Shown piece after piece: positions 49,044 through 61,879 of a stretch of 64,000 nt of DNA (positions within the stretch are counted from its first letter, which is position 1; each line of letters starts with the position of its first letter). Both the position numbers and the translations under genes were made by a program. The stretch is from Anthoceros angustus (lineage: Eukaryota; Plantae; Anthocerotophyta): positions 992,001-1,056,000 of the forward strand of contig VJWM01000063.1 of the NCBI GenBank assembly GCA_010909165.1, in the 5' to 3' direction. The notes beneath the pieces were generated by a model. That model worked only from the letters and a program-made list of their open reading frames with translations, was not told the DNA's origin and made no database searches.

Positions 49044-50653
49044 CTAAAGCCCAAAGAGCATTTCATCGAAATCTGCAATAGCTGCATCATCCCCCTGCGG
49101 ATGACGAGAAACTGGAGGTTTGTTGGGGCGATTGCGGACCAATGCATCCTCTCGATCTCCCGAATGTAACTCCTCCTCTTCCAATGCTTCGACCTGAGCC
49201 ACAGCAGGCTGCGGAGCCTCCTCTGGAACTTCTTGCCCTTTCACAAATTCCTCGTACTTCGATAACACTCGTTGCAGATCATCATTCACATTTAAGGCCT
49301 CAAACATAAGTGGGTCATTATCACCAGACCGCTCAATTATCCTCTGTACACTGAATTGGGATTGACGACACTGCTCCACCAAGGTGACTGTGAGCTCATC
49401 CTGCAACATGGAATCCAAATGGGGAGCAGTTCCTTGCGGGGACCAGACGACATGTGCCCAGTATTGGCCATGTGCAACAGACAGCCTATGCCCAACTACT
49501 TTGGGTGCCACTGCTCACATTGAAGAGATACCATGTACTTTAACCAGCACTTCAGCAATTATATATTCATGATTCACCCACTTCTTGCCCCATTCATAGA
49601 CCAAACATCCATTTAATGGAGCCTTGAGAATAGCTTGCAAATTCAGACAACAGAGGCTGCATTGTAGAGGAACAGGAGTACACACCTTCAGGATCTCATT
49701 CTGGGGAGACGAAGTCAATACAGTTGAAAGTAGCTCCACACTGTTACGTGCAATATCAAGAGTCTCCTTCGGATCCGAAGGTGCCAGGTCACGGCCCTGA
49801 CTTGCCACCAAGTTGTCTGCAGGAATAACTGTAGCCACTGATTGTGGAGGAGTGAAGATAGGGGCCAAGCTCTCGGCATCTCTCCCAGGAAACCTGACTC
49901 CTCTGGATTTCAAGCTCTGGTCACAGAAGAGAGAAACGTAAGCAGGGAAATGTCTGCAGAATGTCTATTTTCCGCTAATATCCAGTAGATCTATTTGTTC
50001 CTCCAGTGACCAGCCACATGAATCCTCTCTGCCAGCAGCTATAAGCAGCCATGGGATGAACTCGTCTGCAAAGCTGTCAATATATAGCTACAGCTCTAGT
50101 TCACAGAAAAGAAACAGTCAAAGAAAACCGGTACCTTGTAAGTTTCCTCATACACCGGCAGGTACCGGAGTTCGTCCGACGACTCACCCCAAGCTTCGAT
50201 GAGCTTCAAAGCCTTCTCCCTTATCTCTAACGGAGCCAATCGGTCGTCTATAATTTTCACCATCTCATCCAGAACCTTCTCCGATGCCACCTCCGAGAAC
50301 ATCTTTTCACAATTCTTCACGCACGTCTCCAGAAGAGTGAGCGCAAGAAGCTGCACCGTAGAGTTCCTGAACAGAAGACGCTTCTTGATAGCCCGAACAG
50401 CATCCTGTCCACTGATCTTCTCCGTATTCACCAGATCGCAGAGCTCAAGACTCCTGTGCCAGTCAGGCCCGTTCAAGTCCTCCGCGGTAGCAGCTTCAAC
50501 CAGCTTATCCGCCTGCGAGGGGACCGAAAGCAACTCCTTCACTTTGCCGCTGAAGGTATTCATCCCGGCACTGAACTTCCGGCTCGCCTCCGCACCCCCA
50601 GTCTTCAGCCTCTCGCCAATTAGATTCCACTTTTCCCTCATGTTATCCGACAT
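49044..50653 (-). CDS. TOL1: TOM1-like VHS-GAT protein; exons 50653-50135, 49916-49686, 49400-49044
   Basis: MSDNMREKW..ERLKTGG, DKLVEAAT..PDW, LETCVKNCEK, RFPGRDAESLAPIFTP, DELTVTLVEQCRQSQ, FEALNVNDDL. Confidence 0.9.
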
Positions 50654-51479
50654 GATGACCACACCTTCCGCAGACTGTCACAATATGTACCAGGTCGTCC
50701 GTCCTCCGTCCAGCTGCCAAAAATTCAAAACTATCCTCCTTCCTTCCTTCCTTCCTCCCTCTCACTCCCGCAATAAGCACTCTTCACTTCCACGGCAAGC
50801 TCCGCCAAATGGCCAAGCAGAAATCTCACACACCTGCACAACAACATCCCACGTAATCAAAAGCAGCACCAGCGGCCATCAAACGCAAATTTCGAGCTCA
50901 TGCAGCAACCAGCTCCCGCATCGGCCGCGGCAAGCCAGAAATTGCCACCATCCCTAACAGCCATCGCCAAAGCTTAGGCAGCGAGGTCTGTGCCAATCAA
51001 AGCGCTTTTTTCACAATGCGACAGCGTACCAGACCAGGGGACACGAGGTAGCAGCTGCGCCCGGACGCCTTCACGCAATTCAGAAGATGCAAGTGAAGCG
51101 CAGACGCCGAGTCGAATCGGCCATAGCCAGCCTCGAGGAAGAAGGCGGACGGAAAGCGGTAACCGGAGTTGCGGTGCAGGTAACCTTAAAAATAGCCGGT
51201 CTTTGCTGACCGATGCGCTTTTAATGCGCAGAATATCCGGCATTCCGCTGCACCATATTCCTGATACATATCCTGTATTTCCATTTGCCAGTGTCCAAAA
51301 ATACGGAGGCGCATTCCCACCACTTTGAGGCAATCAACAAGGTGGATAGTGCAAGAACCACCCTGAGACACTGTCTACCTACCCGGTTGAAAGTGATCCA
51401 AAGAATAAGTATGTCGGAACTATAGAGACCCAAACAATCATGAATGAAGTAATGTCAAGCAAAGGCAGAGAAATAATCA

Positions 51480-52300
51480 AATCAATCTGAATAATTGTGC
51501 ATTCAAGGACTAAAATTATTTATTTTTTCTTCACAAAAAATGCTGCTCGACTTGTAAGACGAAACAGCCTAAAAAGCAGGTAACTTCCCCTTCTTATATT
51601 CCCATTGTAGTAGTCTTAAGTTCTTTCGAATGAACAATCTTACGTCTTGCAAAGTAGTCCTTTGAATTCAAAACCTGGAGTGGCCATCTAAAAAAGAGAA
51701 AGTCATGATAATGTGCACTCATGAATAGGATCCCTTCCAAACTAGAAGACACAAAATTTTCATATGCACCCTCAAACCGATCAAGAAACTCTTTTACAAC
51801 ACTATTATAACTACAACTAGAAATTCCTAAGTTCAAAGTACGGAGAGCAAAAATTCGGAAATAAACTTATTTGGAAACAGAAGAGTCTTAGTCTTCATAT
51901 ACTTTTTTATTCAAAATCTTTCTATATCGAAAGATAAAACCTATTCTAAATCTTCACCTAATACTTAATTTTTGGAAAAAAAACATTATGCTTTTACCCT
52001 TTTTCATTAGGGCCTCTTTCTCTCCCCCTCTATCTTCTCTCCGAATAGAGGAGGGAAGAAAGAGGAAGAAAGTTTGGAATAAGTACATAGGTACCTAGGT
52101 ATATTGTACATAAGTAAACGAACTGGGGAGACTTCATGTAGAAAGAAAAGAGATGGAAAAACCATCATCTACACCGGAAAAAGGGGTTAACCCAACAAAA
52201 AGGGGTTAACCCAACAAAGGGCACCTGGGGGACTAACTTCCCTGATCGTTTTTCTCCAAACTACCTATCGCCCTAAGAATTTTGTGATCGGACATAAAAA
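51480..52300. other. AT-rich island, possibly an organelle-derived insertion
   Basis: Sharp drop in GC with long A/T runs between two GC-rich promoters; short AT-rich minus ORF 51594-51836; duplicated palindrome aaggggttaacccaacaaa. No organellar gene recognised. Confidence 0.3.
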
Positions 52301-52812
52301 AGGACCTACCTACCACGGCCGTCGAAGAAGCGACCTCCCCTGCGCTAGTCGCCTGTCATGTATACACGTTCGCCAACGCCCTCCGCCTACATACCACCGC
52401 CGCTTTGGCAACACGCCCTCTACATTATATATAAGTCGTATTAGGGATTTATTTTGATGTTAAATATATATTTCTTTAATACATATTCTTAGATGTACTA
52501 ATGTCTCGGTTTGCTTAACAAAACACGTTCCTGTGGACAACGTTCTCCCCCAGTGGCTGGCTTGGGCTTGGTTTGCCCTTTGTGCTGCGCTGCTAGAATG
52601 CCACGTGCTTGGGAAGGAGCGACCAATGGCCTTGCATCAGCCTCCGAGGACAAGGCGTAAGTTCACGACCGAGTTTAAATTCGCTGGTCACGAAGTGTAG
52701 AAGCTATTGCGAATCAGGGGACCTTCCGTTGCAGCTCGGTCCAGGTGGAAGGCGGGCGGAGGAGGATTTTGGGAGCATGGCTGGCTCTGGTGCTTTCGGC
52801 ATCACTACGTCT

Positions 52813-54484
52813 ATGCCGAGCTCAAGCTCTGCTATTGTGGAGCAGAGCGTTTTCTGCCGAGTGTGTGTATCTTGTTGCATTCTGTTTCTTTTTGCTGATC
52901 GGATCTAGGGAGTTGTCTGACGCTATTGTTTCTGATGGAGCAGCTGCCAGAAGCAGTACGCCAAGTACACTTGTCCTCGATGCAATCTGCGGTACTGCTG
53001 TCTGCAGTGCTACAAGGTGGCGCTCTTTGCTTGTGTTGCTCGGATCGGCTTAAGGTGCCGGCACGGGGTGGTCGTGAAGTGATTGTGGTTATGGTTGTGA
53101 TGGTTGCAGGCTCACAGTTTGCGATGCACCGAGTCCTTCAATCGGGAGAATTGTTTGGCGGAGATGAAGGACCTCAGGGTGACGGAGGAGAATAAGCGGA
53201 AGATGATGGAGTCTTTGAAGAGGATTCACTTCGATGAGGAAGGGAGGAGTATTTTGGATGATTTAGAGGATGCTGACGAGATGGATGATCGAGATACAGC
53301 TGGTGCGCTAGTTTGGAGGTTAATTCTTTTCCCTTGTTCGAATGTAGCTAGGGTTTCGATTGGCAGCGGTGGCTCTGAATATCTGCTCTGTTGATGAACG
53401 ACCTTCGTTGGCTGTGAGTTGGTGTGCTGCAGATAGTCTGCTATCAGAAGAGACCATCCAACGATTGAGTGCCGGTAAGATGAGAGGCTCTTGCTGTTTC
53501 TTGATGTGCACCTTCGCTGTTGTGGACCCTGGCTCATTGTTAGTCACTCGCTTGATTGTGTTAGGAGGGGACTACTCACTCGAGCATCTCTCGGCAGAGG
53601 AGAGAAGGGGATTTCTGCGTGCTGTGGCAGCTGGTGAGCTCAGTCACATGATCATACCTTGGGAGCCATGGTGGTATAATGCAGCTGCGAGGACGATTAC
53701 TTTGACGAAACATGGTACTCGTCGAGTACAGATTCTTGGTGACGAAGAAGGTGATGACTCCGAAGCTGCAGTAGCAGAGATACCGGCGCCCCTAGACAAG
53801 CCTCTGCCTCCGGTGTCGCAGCTCACTCCTGTGGAGCCGTCACCTTTGCTTGCTTATCACTTGGCGGAGATTCTGTACAGCTACTGCTTCACGGTGCGCT
53901 TGTTCAACGGAGATTGGCGGAGTGATGCACTAGATGCGGCTTCCACGCTGCTCACCATCTCGGAGGTGTTAGGAGAGTCCTTCGCACCTGAGTCTGTCAG
54001 CATTGGTTTGACTGCCTGCCTTGAGAAGATTTGCTCCCCGGTCTTCAGGCATACTGGAGGGTACAGGTTTGGCGTAGGGCTGTTTGATGACACTTCAGCT
54101 TTGTTGAAAACAGGTAAGGCAGGGGTGATATGTGCGCTTGCGGACCTGCAGAGGCTTCTAGGAACTGCCCTCAGGGAATGCAAGGGAGGGCAAGCAACGG
54201 AGAAACAAAGGGGCAGTGCTCCACGCAGGCGTTCTCCGATTATAGACGCTGTGGTAGGGGATATAGGATCAGCAACATTTCAAGGGATCAGCAGATCGGG
54301 AAGAAGCCAAAGGGACTCCTCCCTCTGCAAAAGGTTGCATTCTGCGTGCAGAAAGATTTACTTTCTCACTTGCTGGGTCAACGAGCAGGAAACCGCGGTC
54401 TTCTCCTCCCTAGTGATTCTCGTGGACGACGAGAAGAGGAGACTTCCTGTTGAACCCTCTAGCCAATTGGATGGAAGGACATAG
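52813..54484 (+). CDS. ZNHIT2: Zinc finger HIT domain protein (ZNHIT2-like); exons 52813-52862, 52944-53016, 53110-53302, 53433-53474, 53565-54484
   Basis: CRVCQKQYAKYTCPRCNLRYCCLQCYK-AHSLRCTESF zf-HIT; PWEPWW; EILYSYCFTVRLFNGDW. Confidence 0.85.
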
Positions 54485-54623
54485 TGCAAGGACTTTCATG
54501 TGCTGGAGTAGAAAATCTCAATTTACAATTAAAATTAGACTTACAATCTCATCAGCTGCAGACCTTGTAATTACAGGCAGGACAACGAGGCATTCATGGC
54601 ATGCACCAGCTCGTCTAAATATC

Positions 54624-55734
54624 TTACACCAGCTCTTTCACTTTTTCCTCCTCAAGTTGCAATTTTCCCAACCCTTCCGGCTCTGCCAGCTCCCCTAATT
54701 CCCCGATCTTCCCTTCGATCTCCTGCAATAGCTCCTCCCTCCAGAGTGCTTCGCGAGCCTTCTCTTCAGCGACCTCTTGCTGCAGACAAGACTCATATTT
54801 CAAAACATCCACTCAAGAGCGTTCACACGGTGCAAACACACCGGGAACAGAATAAGGTGTTCGTGCTACTGTACCCTGTCATAAATCCAGTACTGAGTGC
54901 CGTTGCCTCCGTCGCCTCGATAACCATCGCTGTCGTAAAATGGATCCTGAAGACAAGCATAAAACGAGTGGCCTCAAGCACTGGAAAGGCTACACCATAT
55001 CCTCAAAACAGCAAATGCTAACCAACCACAACTCACCTTCATGGAACCGAAAACGCAGCATCCCCAGGAGAAGAAGCAAGCAATAATCAGATCTGCAGTG
55101 GCAAGTTCCAAGACACGTCAACACGCGAAGTGGCAAGAAAAATGATGCCGAAGAAATCTCAGCACATCAGCAAAATCTTCTACTCACAGAGATCTCAAAT
55201 CTTCTACTCACACAGAGTCTTAATGCTCTCTTCCGAAGGCGACCAGTCGTTGAAGACTCTGATGAATTCCACTCCCTCGGCATATCCTACCGCGGGCGCA
55301 GACACATTCCGGGTTTGCCTTCTAACTCCGAGTGCGGAGTGACCGTTCCACTGAATTCTCTTCACTTCAGAACGAAATCCGTGCTCCTAGCAGACTGCAA
55401 CGGCGCTACCGCTCCCGCTGCTTCTTACAAAAAAATGCAAACAAAAGGACGCACCTGCACTTCCAGATGCTTCGCTCTATCAGCCGATGACAACCTGGAA
55501 AGCTGCGTCCCGCCACACCGGGGCATGCCTGGACAGCTCTGCCACACAAACAAACACACCAGTCCGAGAGTTGGAGACGCTGCCGGAATGAGACACGCTG
55601 AAAGAGCAGATGAACAAGAAGCACACCGTGAAAGAGCGTGAAGGAGATGCCTCGGACTGCTGCCTGCTGAGCCCCGGCGCTCCCGCTCGGAGCAAGGAAT
55701 GCTGCGCCGCCAAGCTCGGCTGCGCCATCGCCAT
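54624..55734 (-). CDS. Small spliced plant protein of unknown function with a putative transit peptide and one hydrophobic segment
   Basis: In-phase 3' exons give ..YLIIACFFSWGCCVFGSMK|DPFYDSDGYRGDGGNGTQYWIYDR|QEVAEEKAREALWREELLQEIEGKIGEL..*. The 5' exons and the start at 55734 (MAMAQPSL) are tentative. Confidence 0.65.
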
Positions 55735-56043
55735 CTCGGCCTTCCTCTACCGCCACAGAGTCGAACCCGTCTTATCCGACATATGAGGCCCTGCGGTTAA
55801 CTACTGTATACGTATAGATACTACGTTATAGTTCGCTCGGTTAGGAGTGCGAGGCTTTCACGCGAGCTGGAAAGCCCATATGTATGTACCAAGATTCAAG
55901 TTGGAGCGTGACGACGCGCAAGATTGCGTCAAGCTATATATGTATATTCCAAGCTCCAGATTGCGTGCCGGGGAAGCTGTCGTTGCCACAGTTTGTAGTT
56001 GCATCCCTTGAAAAACTGGGCTTCTGAGCGGAAAGAGGGAAAT

Positions 56044-58555
56044 ATGGCGGTGGCTGGGCCGGGCCAGCTGAACCTAGAGGAGTCCCCGTCTTGGGGTTCT
56101 CGCAGCGTGGATTGCTTTGACAAGATTGAACAGATTGGAGAAGGGACTTACGGGTGGGTTCTTGCACGTGTGGCGTTTGCCGTGGCTAATTTTTCAAGCA
56201 GACGCGTTGGCTGAGATTCCGTTGTTTGTTGTTGTTGCAGGCAGGTGTACATGGCAAGCGAGAAGGCCACGGGGGAGATTGTTGCGCTGAAAAAGATCAG
56301 AATGGACAACGAGAAGGAGGGGGTATGTAATATATCTGAAGGGCGTGCGTCACTGTATCCGTCCCCGCGCTCCATCTTACAAATTACACAAGGGGCCGGT
56401 TAGAGGGGTAACGTCTCTACTCCATCTGCGCCAACTGTGCAGTTTCCGATTACCGCCATCCGGGAAATCAAGATTCTCAAGAAGCTGCAGCATGACAACG
56501 TCATCAAGCTGAAGGAGATCGTGACATCCAAAGGTATGGGTAGGATTCTGTGCGCCATTCTAGGGTTTGCGTCAGGGTGAGTGGTTGAGTATACGCTTGT
56601 GCACGATGTTGGCAGGACATGAAAATGATGATCAAGGGAAGGTTGGAGGTGCTGTTGAGAGTCAGAAATATAAAGGAAGTATTTACATGGTGTTTGAGTA
56701 CATGGACCATGATCTGACTGGTCTGGCTGCCAGACCGGGAATGCACTTCACTGTGCCACAGATAAAGGTTAGCCCCCACCCGTCAGAGTGCTTTCACTAT
56801 AGTGGCTGTGCACACCTCAGGGATCAGCTCCTTGGTGTCCGCAGTGTTATATGAAGCAGCTTCTAACTGGTCTTCACTACTGCCACGTGAACCAAGTTCT
56901 GCATCGAGACATCAAGGGTAATATTGCTGGCTGGCAGCTACCTGCAATGCATTAGGCTAGATGTCTAGAACAGGACGATCGTTGATGCTGTGTGAGTCTT
57001 TCAGGCTCAAATCTTTTGATCAACAACAACGGAATATTGAAACTCGCGGATTTTGGGCTTGCAAGGTCATTTTCGAATGATAACAATGGCGCATTGACTA
57101 ACAGAGTGATCACACTATGGTACAGGTATAAGTTTTTTTAAGATGCCTTTTGCAGTACGGATTGCCTCCCTCCTTTTGCTTGACGCCAAGTCCAATCAAT
57201 TGTGTTCAGACCTCCAGAGTTGCTTATGGGATCCACTAGATACGGGCCACCAGTGGATATGTGGTCTGTCGGATGCATATTTGCTGAGCTTCTCCAGGGA
57301 AAGGCTATTCTTCCGGGCACACATGAGGTAGTTGAAGTACCCCGTTTCCTTGTAAATTATACCGTAGCCTTGGGTCTAAAACGTAAGCTGTTGATGTCGC
57401 AGGCTGAACAGATCAACAAGATCTTTGAGCTTTGTGGATCTCCTGATGAGGGCCTATGGCCCGGTGTCTCAAAACTGCCATGGTATCATGACGTAAAGCC
57501 TGAACGAACCATGAAACGTCAAGTACGGGATGTGTTCAAACAGTAAGCACCCACATCGAGATTGACCCTACCTCCCTGTTGCTGCCTTTAATTATCGCAT
57601 GTGCCAGTAGGGGCCAAATCTGACACCTGACTGCTGTGTGAACCGGCAGTTTCGATCGTCATGCTCTAGACCTCGTTGAGCGCATGCTTACTCTGGATCC
57701 TGCGCAGGTATGTGTGCTTTGCGTGAGACACGTATTCTTGGGGTTAAAGAAACCATGACTCTGCCAGGTAGTGGTACTCTGCTAATGAAACTCGATGTTT
57801 GTGCAGAGGATCACTGCTAAGGATGCACTGGATGCTGAATACTTCTGGACAGATCCTTTTCCCGCTGCACCAGGCAGGTTGGTAATCACTTTGCTAGAAA
57901 CATGCAAATACCCTCTAATTCTGCTTCAAGGTGCGCGGTTGGGAATCTGTCAGTCTGCTGTGCGGTGTTGTGCTATGCTGTCCTACCTGCTTGTGAGGCA
58001 ACTGGCCCATTTCAACAATGCCTAACATGCTTGCATTGCAGCCTTCCAAAGTATGAAGCTTCCCATGAGTACCAAACCAAGAAAAAGAGACATCCACATC
58101 GAGAGCAACAAGATGACATGGCCAAGCGACAGAAGACTTATCAGCAGCGTCACAATCGCTTTCAACACCATGGTGTGCAGGATACTGCAGCCAGAATGGG
58201 AACCGGTTACCCTCCTCATAACCCTTCCCAGGTAGCCTCAGGGTCTGGTCACTATCATGGTGGCCGGGGCCCTCCTGGACCACAGAGACACTCGCAGGGG
58301 GGTCGACCCATGCATGGCAACCAGGGAGCAGGTGGCTTCAACGTTGGCAGAGGTCCTATTTCTGGATACACGGGCCCCCCTCAGCAGCAAGTCCTCAACT
58401 ACACGGCACCACCAAACTTGCCTGGTCCAGTAGGACGAGGTTCAGGGTATCCTGTTGGAGGAGGCTTTCCGCCAGGAGCTCCGTATGCTGTAGGAGGCGG
58501 CAGAGGATCAGCAATGGCAGGAAGCGGCCGGGGCCGTGGTCAGCAGTTTCTGTGA
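56044..58555 (+). CDS. CDKC: Cyclin-dependent kinase C (PITAIRE); exons 56044-56153, 56241-56322, 56443-56533, 56616-56767, 56845-56917, 57005-57125, 57210-57327, 57403-57542, 57650-57707, 57807-57877, 58042-58555
   Basis: [73 protein letters not shown]-rich C-terminus. Confidence 0.96.
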
Positions 58556-59216
58556 TTGCGGATGAGATGTCGGCTGGGTTTTCATTCACGGGACTCGCGA
58601 TCTCAAGGAGGATCTTGCGTTTCCTTCCGGCGTTATTTAGTGCTCCCAATAGCGGTGTTCCACTCTCCCAGACTCCACCGCCCAGGTCAAAAAAACTGGT
58701 GAGTACTCCCTCTTGTTGCCTCTGTATCTTCGGTTTGCTTCAGCATGATCGGGTGTTGAGTGTGCGTTCTCCACTTTACCCAATAGCTGCTAACGCGGGC
58801 TTTTATCTCTCCAGCTTTCATGAGTACATTTGCGGGCTATTATCTCTGCAGCTTTCGTGAGTACATTTGAGTGTGATATCGTTGGTGCGATAATTCACTA
58901 GAGCTCCAGGCTGCTGGCCGCTAGGAGTTTCTCGTAATTGCAACATGTCACATCCGGTGGTCGAGAGGTCGAGATTAAAGATTAGCAAGTTGAGATTAAT
59001 TCTATTTAGGACTGTCTTGGGACTTAAGAAATCCAATCTTGTGAAGGCTTAAGAAACTCAACACCTAAAAAGAATGAAAGCTTTCTATATTCGTTGCCCG
59101 AGGAGTATATATGGAACCCTGCAGGCCACGTCTAACCAGTGAGTTATTCAGCCTCGGATCACATTTAAAATAATTCCCACCGCCTCGTATCATATTTAAA
59201 ATAACTCCCACCACCA

Positions 59217-59341
59217 GATGAGACTTAGAAATTTTTCTCTTGAATTCACAAATTTCTCAAATAGTTCACCTCCCACCCACCAGTGCTGATGAGACTTAGA
59301 ACTCTTTCTCATGAATTCACAAATTTCTTAAATAGTTCACC
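59217..59341. repeat. ~54-bp direct repeat (two copies) upstream of the AP2-like ORF
   Basis: gatgagacttagaa..tttctc.tgaattcacaaatttct.aaatagttcacc at 59217 and 59288. Confidence 0.9.
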
Positions 59342-59367
59342 AGCGCAAGAAAATTATCACGTATCGG

Positions 59368-59475
59368 ATAAATAGTTTTCTCCCAAGAGAAACCATATAC
59401 ATAGTTTTTACACAAGGGAAACAATATATATAGTTTCCACATGAGGAAACCGTATACATAGTTTCCACACGAGGC
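59368..59475. repeat. ~28-bp minisatellite (tatacatagtttccaca.gagg.aa.c) x4 abutting the AP2-like ATG
   Basis: Four imperfect copies visible immediately 5' of 59478. Confidence 0.8.
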
Positions 59476-59477
59476 AA

Positions 59478-60413
59478 ATGGACACGGAAATTATGAAGTC
59501 TTACACAACGGAAACTGGCACAATCAGGCCTTCGCCGTATGTACCAGGTTGTCAAGAATTTATGGAGATTGAATATGTACCACATTGTCAAGAATTTATA
59601 GAGGTTGAAGATCCGTTTCAACAACTTTTTACAAAGATTGAAAATCCTGTATTTCGACACGAGGAGCTGAGTAACAAGCCTTTGACAAGTCATGTTTCAT
59701 GTGGTGAGTGGGGACGCCAACCATCCGAACTTGGAGCAAACAAGGCATCAACCTCAACCAATGGGCCCGGAATTGTATTGGGATATGAAGACAATATCTC
59801 TGGCATCCAACGTCCACAAAAATTGAAGCCTATTGTACCACATAGGAGACGTACTGAAAGAGAAGGACTTAGGGCATATATATGGAGAAGCATGCAAGAA
59901 ATGGTTCAGACACATTATGCAAAGATAAAATATGAATATATAGCAGAGTCGGGGCAACAATATGAAGGAGTTGGGCACAATCCTATTAATGACATATATA
60001 ATTGTTATGTTTTGTGTTATACTTCATCCGATGAGAAACATTCTCACTCAAATCGTCCTATAAGAGCATGTCGCAAGCAAAGCGTACAACCATATGCACA
60101 AATGGAAAAGAAGAGAAAATCAAATGAATGGAAACAACGCTATTGTGGGAGTTATACTAGTGCACAACAAGCTGCTTATGTTTCAGATAAGATGAAGATT
60201 AAGATGTATCTATGTGGAGCACGCGTTAAAAGAGGGAGATCATGTGCCCATGAACCATATAAAATAATATTAAATTTTCCCATTAGATTTTATTTGGATG
60301 ATATGTTCAAACCGGAGGTGCATGCAATAACAAATATCGAAGAATATCGTCAATATATACTAGACGAAGCATGTACAAGTAGGTTTGTAACACGACGACG
60401 TCGCCATAAGTAA
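59478..60413 (+). CDS. Intronless AT-rich 311-aa ORF with a highly divergent AP2 (AP2/ANT repeat-1 plus linker-like) domain
   Basis: YEGV..IYNCYV ~ YRGV..[29 protein letters not shown] ~ [32 protein letters not shown] ~ [19 protein letters not shown]..TSRF ~ linker MTRQEYVAHL..SSGF. Two insertions interrupt the domain. The N-terminus has a 12-aa duplication YVP(G/H)CQEF(M/I)E(I/V)E. Confidence 0.6.
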   Translation: [311 protein letters not shown]

Positions 60414-60780
60414 CTTCGTGCAATCGATGTTGTGTGTTGCTACACGAGTTTGGGTTCAAAATGAGTTCACTAGAACATGAATGGAAAGGCTGTCTCTTGC
60501 AGAAGAAACTTGGGCAATCGATGTTCATAATGATCCAATATTCTAAAATTAACAATTTTGGATTCAACAAAGAGTTCCAATTACGTCTTTTATCTCACGC
60601 CTTACTCGTGGGTGCATGCACACTTAGGTAGACTACATTTGATGACAAATCAAAAGTGGACTATGTGTAGCATGTGCCTAACATCATTTCTGTGAATTAC
60701 TTGCAACGAGCAATTTCAAGTTTCTGACCACATATTGAAGTTACGATAATTTTTTGAGTTAATTGGACTAGTTTTTGAGC

Positions 60781-60858
60781 GTTTAGAACAATTTGAAAGA
60801 GAATGTGTTCAGAATAAGTGTTTAGAACAATTTGAAAGAGAATGTGTTCAGAATAAGT
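60781..60858. repeat. Perfect 39-bp tandem duplication
   Basis: gtttagaacaatttgaaagagaatgtgttcagaataagt x2. Confidence 0.95.
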
Positions 60859-61879
60859 GTCAATTTTTCCATTTCGTCCATCCTCACTTTAAGTGGTATA
60901 CCAAGGTGTGCTTCCATCCTCATCTAAGGTTTTCAATGATTTGTTTAGAATTTTGAATCACTTGGTTCAGCATACCTATATAGGGTATATTAACTGTATT
61001 TGTATGCAACCATTAATATTGAACATAATTACTAATATTTTATATTTTATTTAAATATTATATATAATATTTATTGGATTTTTTACTATCTCCATCTTAG
61101 TTAGCATGCCAGCTCATTATTCCCGATCGAAATTGGAGTTTTAGGTTGTTTCTGGTATAATAGTATCTTAAGGTTTCACGTATCTAAACTCATTTAAAAT
61201 AAACGAGTGAGTCCTCGCAGTATATACCCAGCAATCAGGGCATTCCATGTCGCCACATCCTTTGTGGCCAAGCTGTCAAAACCTGGTGTGCATCTTATGG
61301 GGCACCAATGCTTGCACAGGCCTTTACAACGCAAGCAAAAGTAATATCCTATTATTCATTTTGTTTTTTTGACATAGCTAGAGTTAGTAATAAATGGCTA
61401 ATAAGGCAGGTACGAGGAACGCAGGTGACAGCAGGCGTAGCGGACTGCCGATCGACTCTGCGATCGGCAGTGTGTCGGACGCAAGCTACGGGAACGAAGC
61501 GTGGGGAACAGGCTGACATGGCTACGAATGGCAGTAATGAGAAGTGACGGCTCAGGCGGGTACGCTGGCAGTTGGATCGTAACGTCGAAATGGCATGCAG
61601 TGATGGCGACAGGATGCAGAAAGCGTGCAGGCTTACGCTCCGCCTGCTTTCATGCCCTTGGGGGTTCCCAAGCGTCCATTTTTCGCCAATGCCCTCGCTT
61701 CCAACTGCTTTTCCCCTTCCTTTCCACCACTTATGTCTGCCCCTCCTCTTGACTACCACGCCGCACCACACTCGCATCTCTCAGCGGCGCGCTTCCGTTA
61801 TCCTGGAATGCGGGACACCCCGACGTACTCTTCCTCTCTATCCGCCGCCTAGCTTTGCCTCTTTGTGCAGAATGGTGGC

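Noticed and set aside
61444-61471. Perfect 11-bp-stem GC hairpin as a Helitron 3' end
   Set aside because: No CTRR at the expected distance on either strand.
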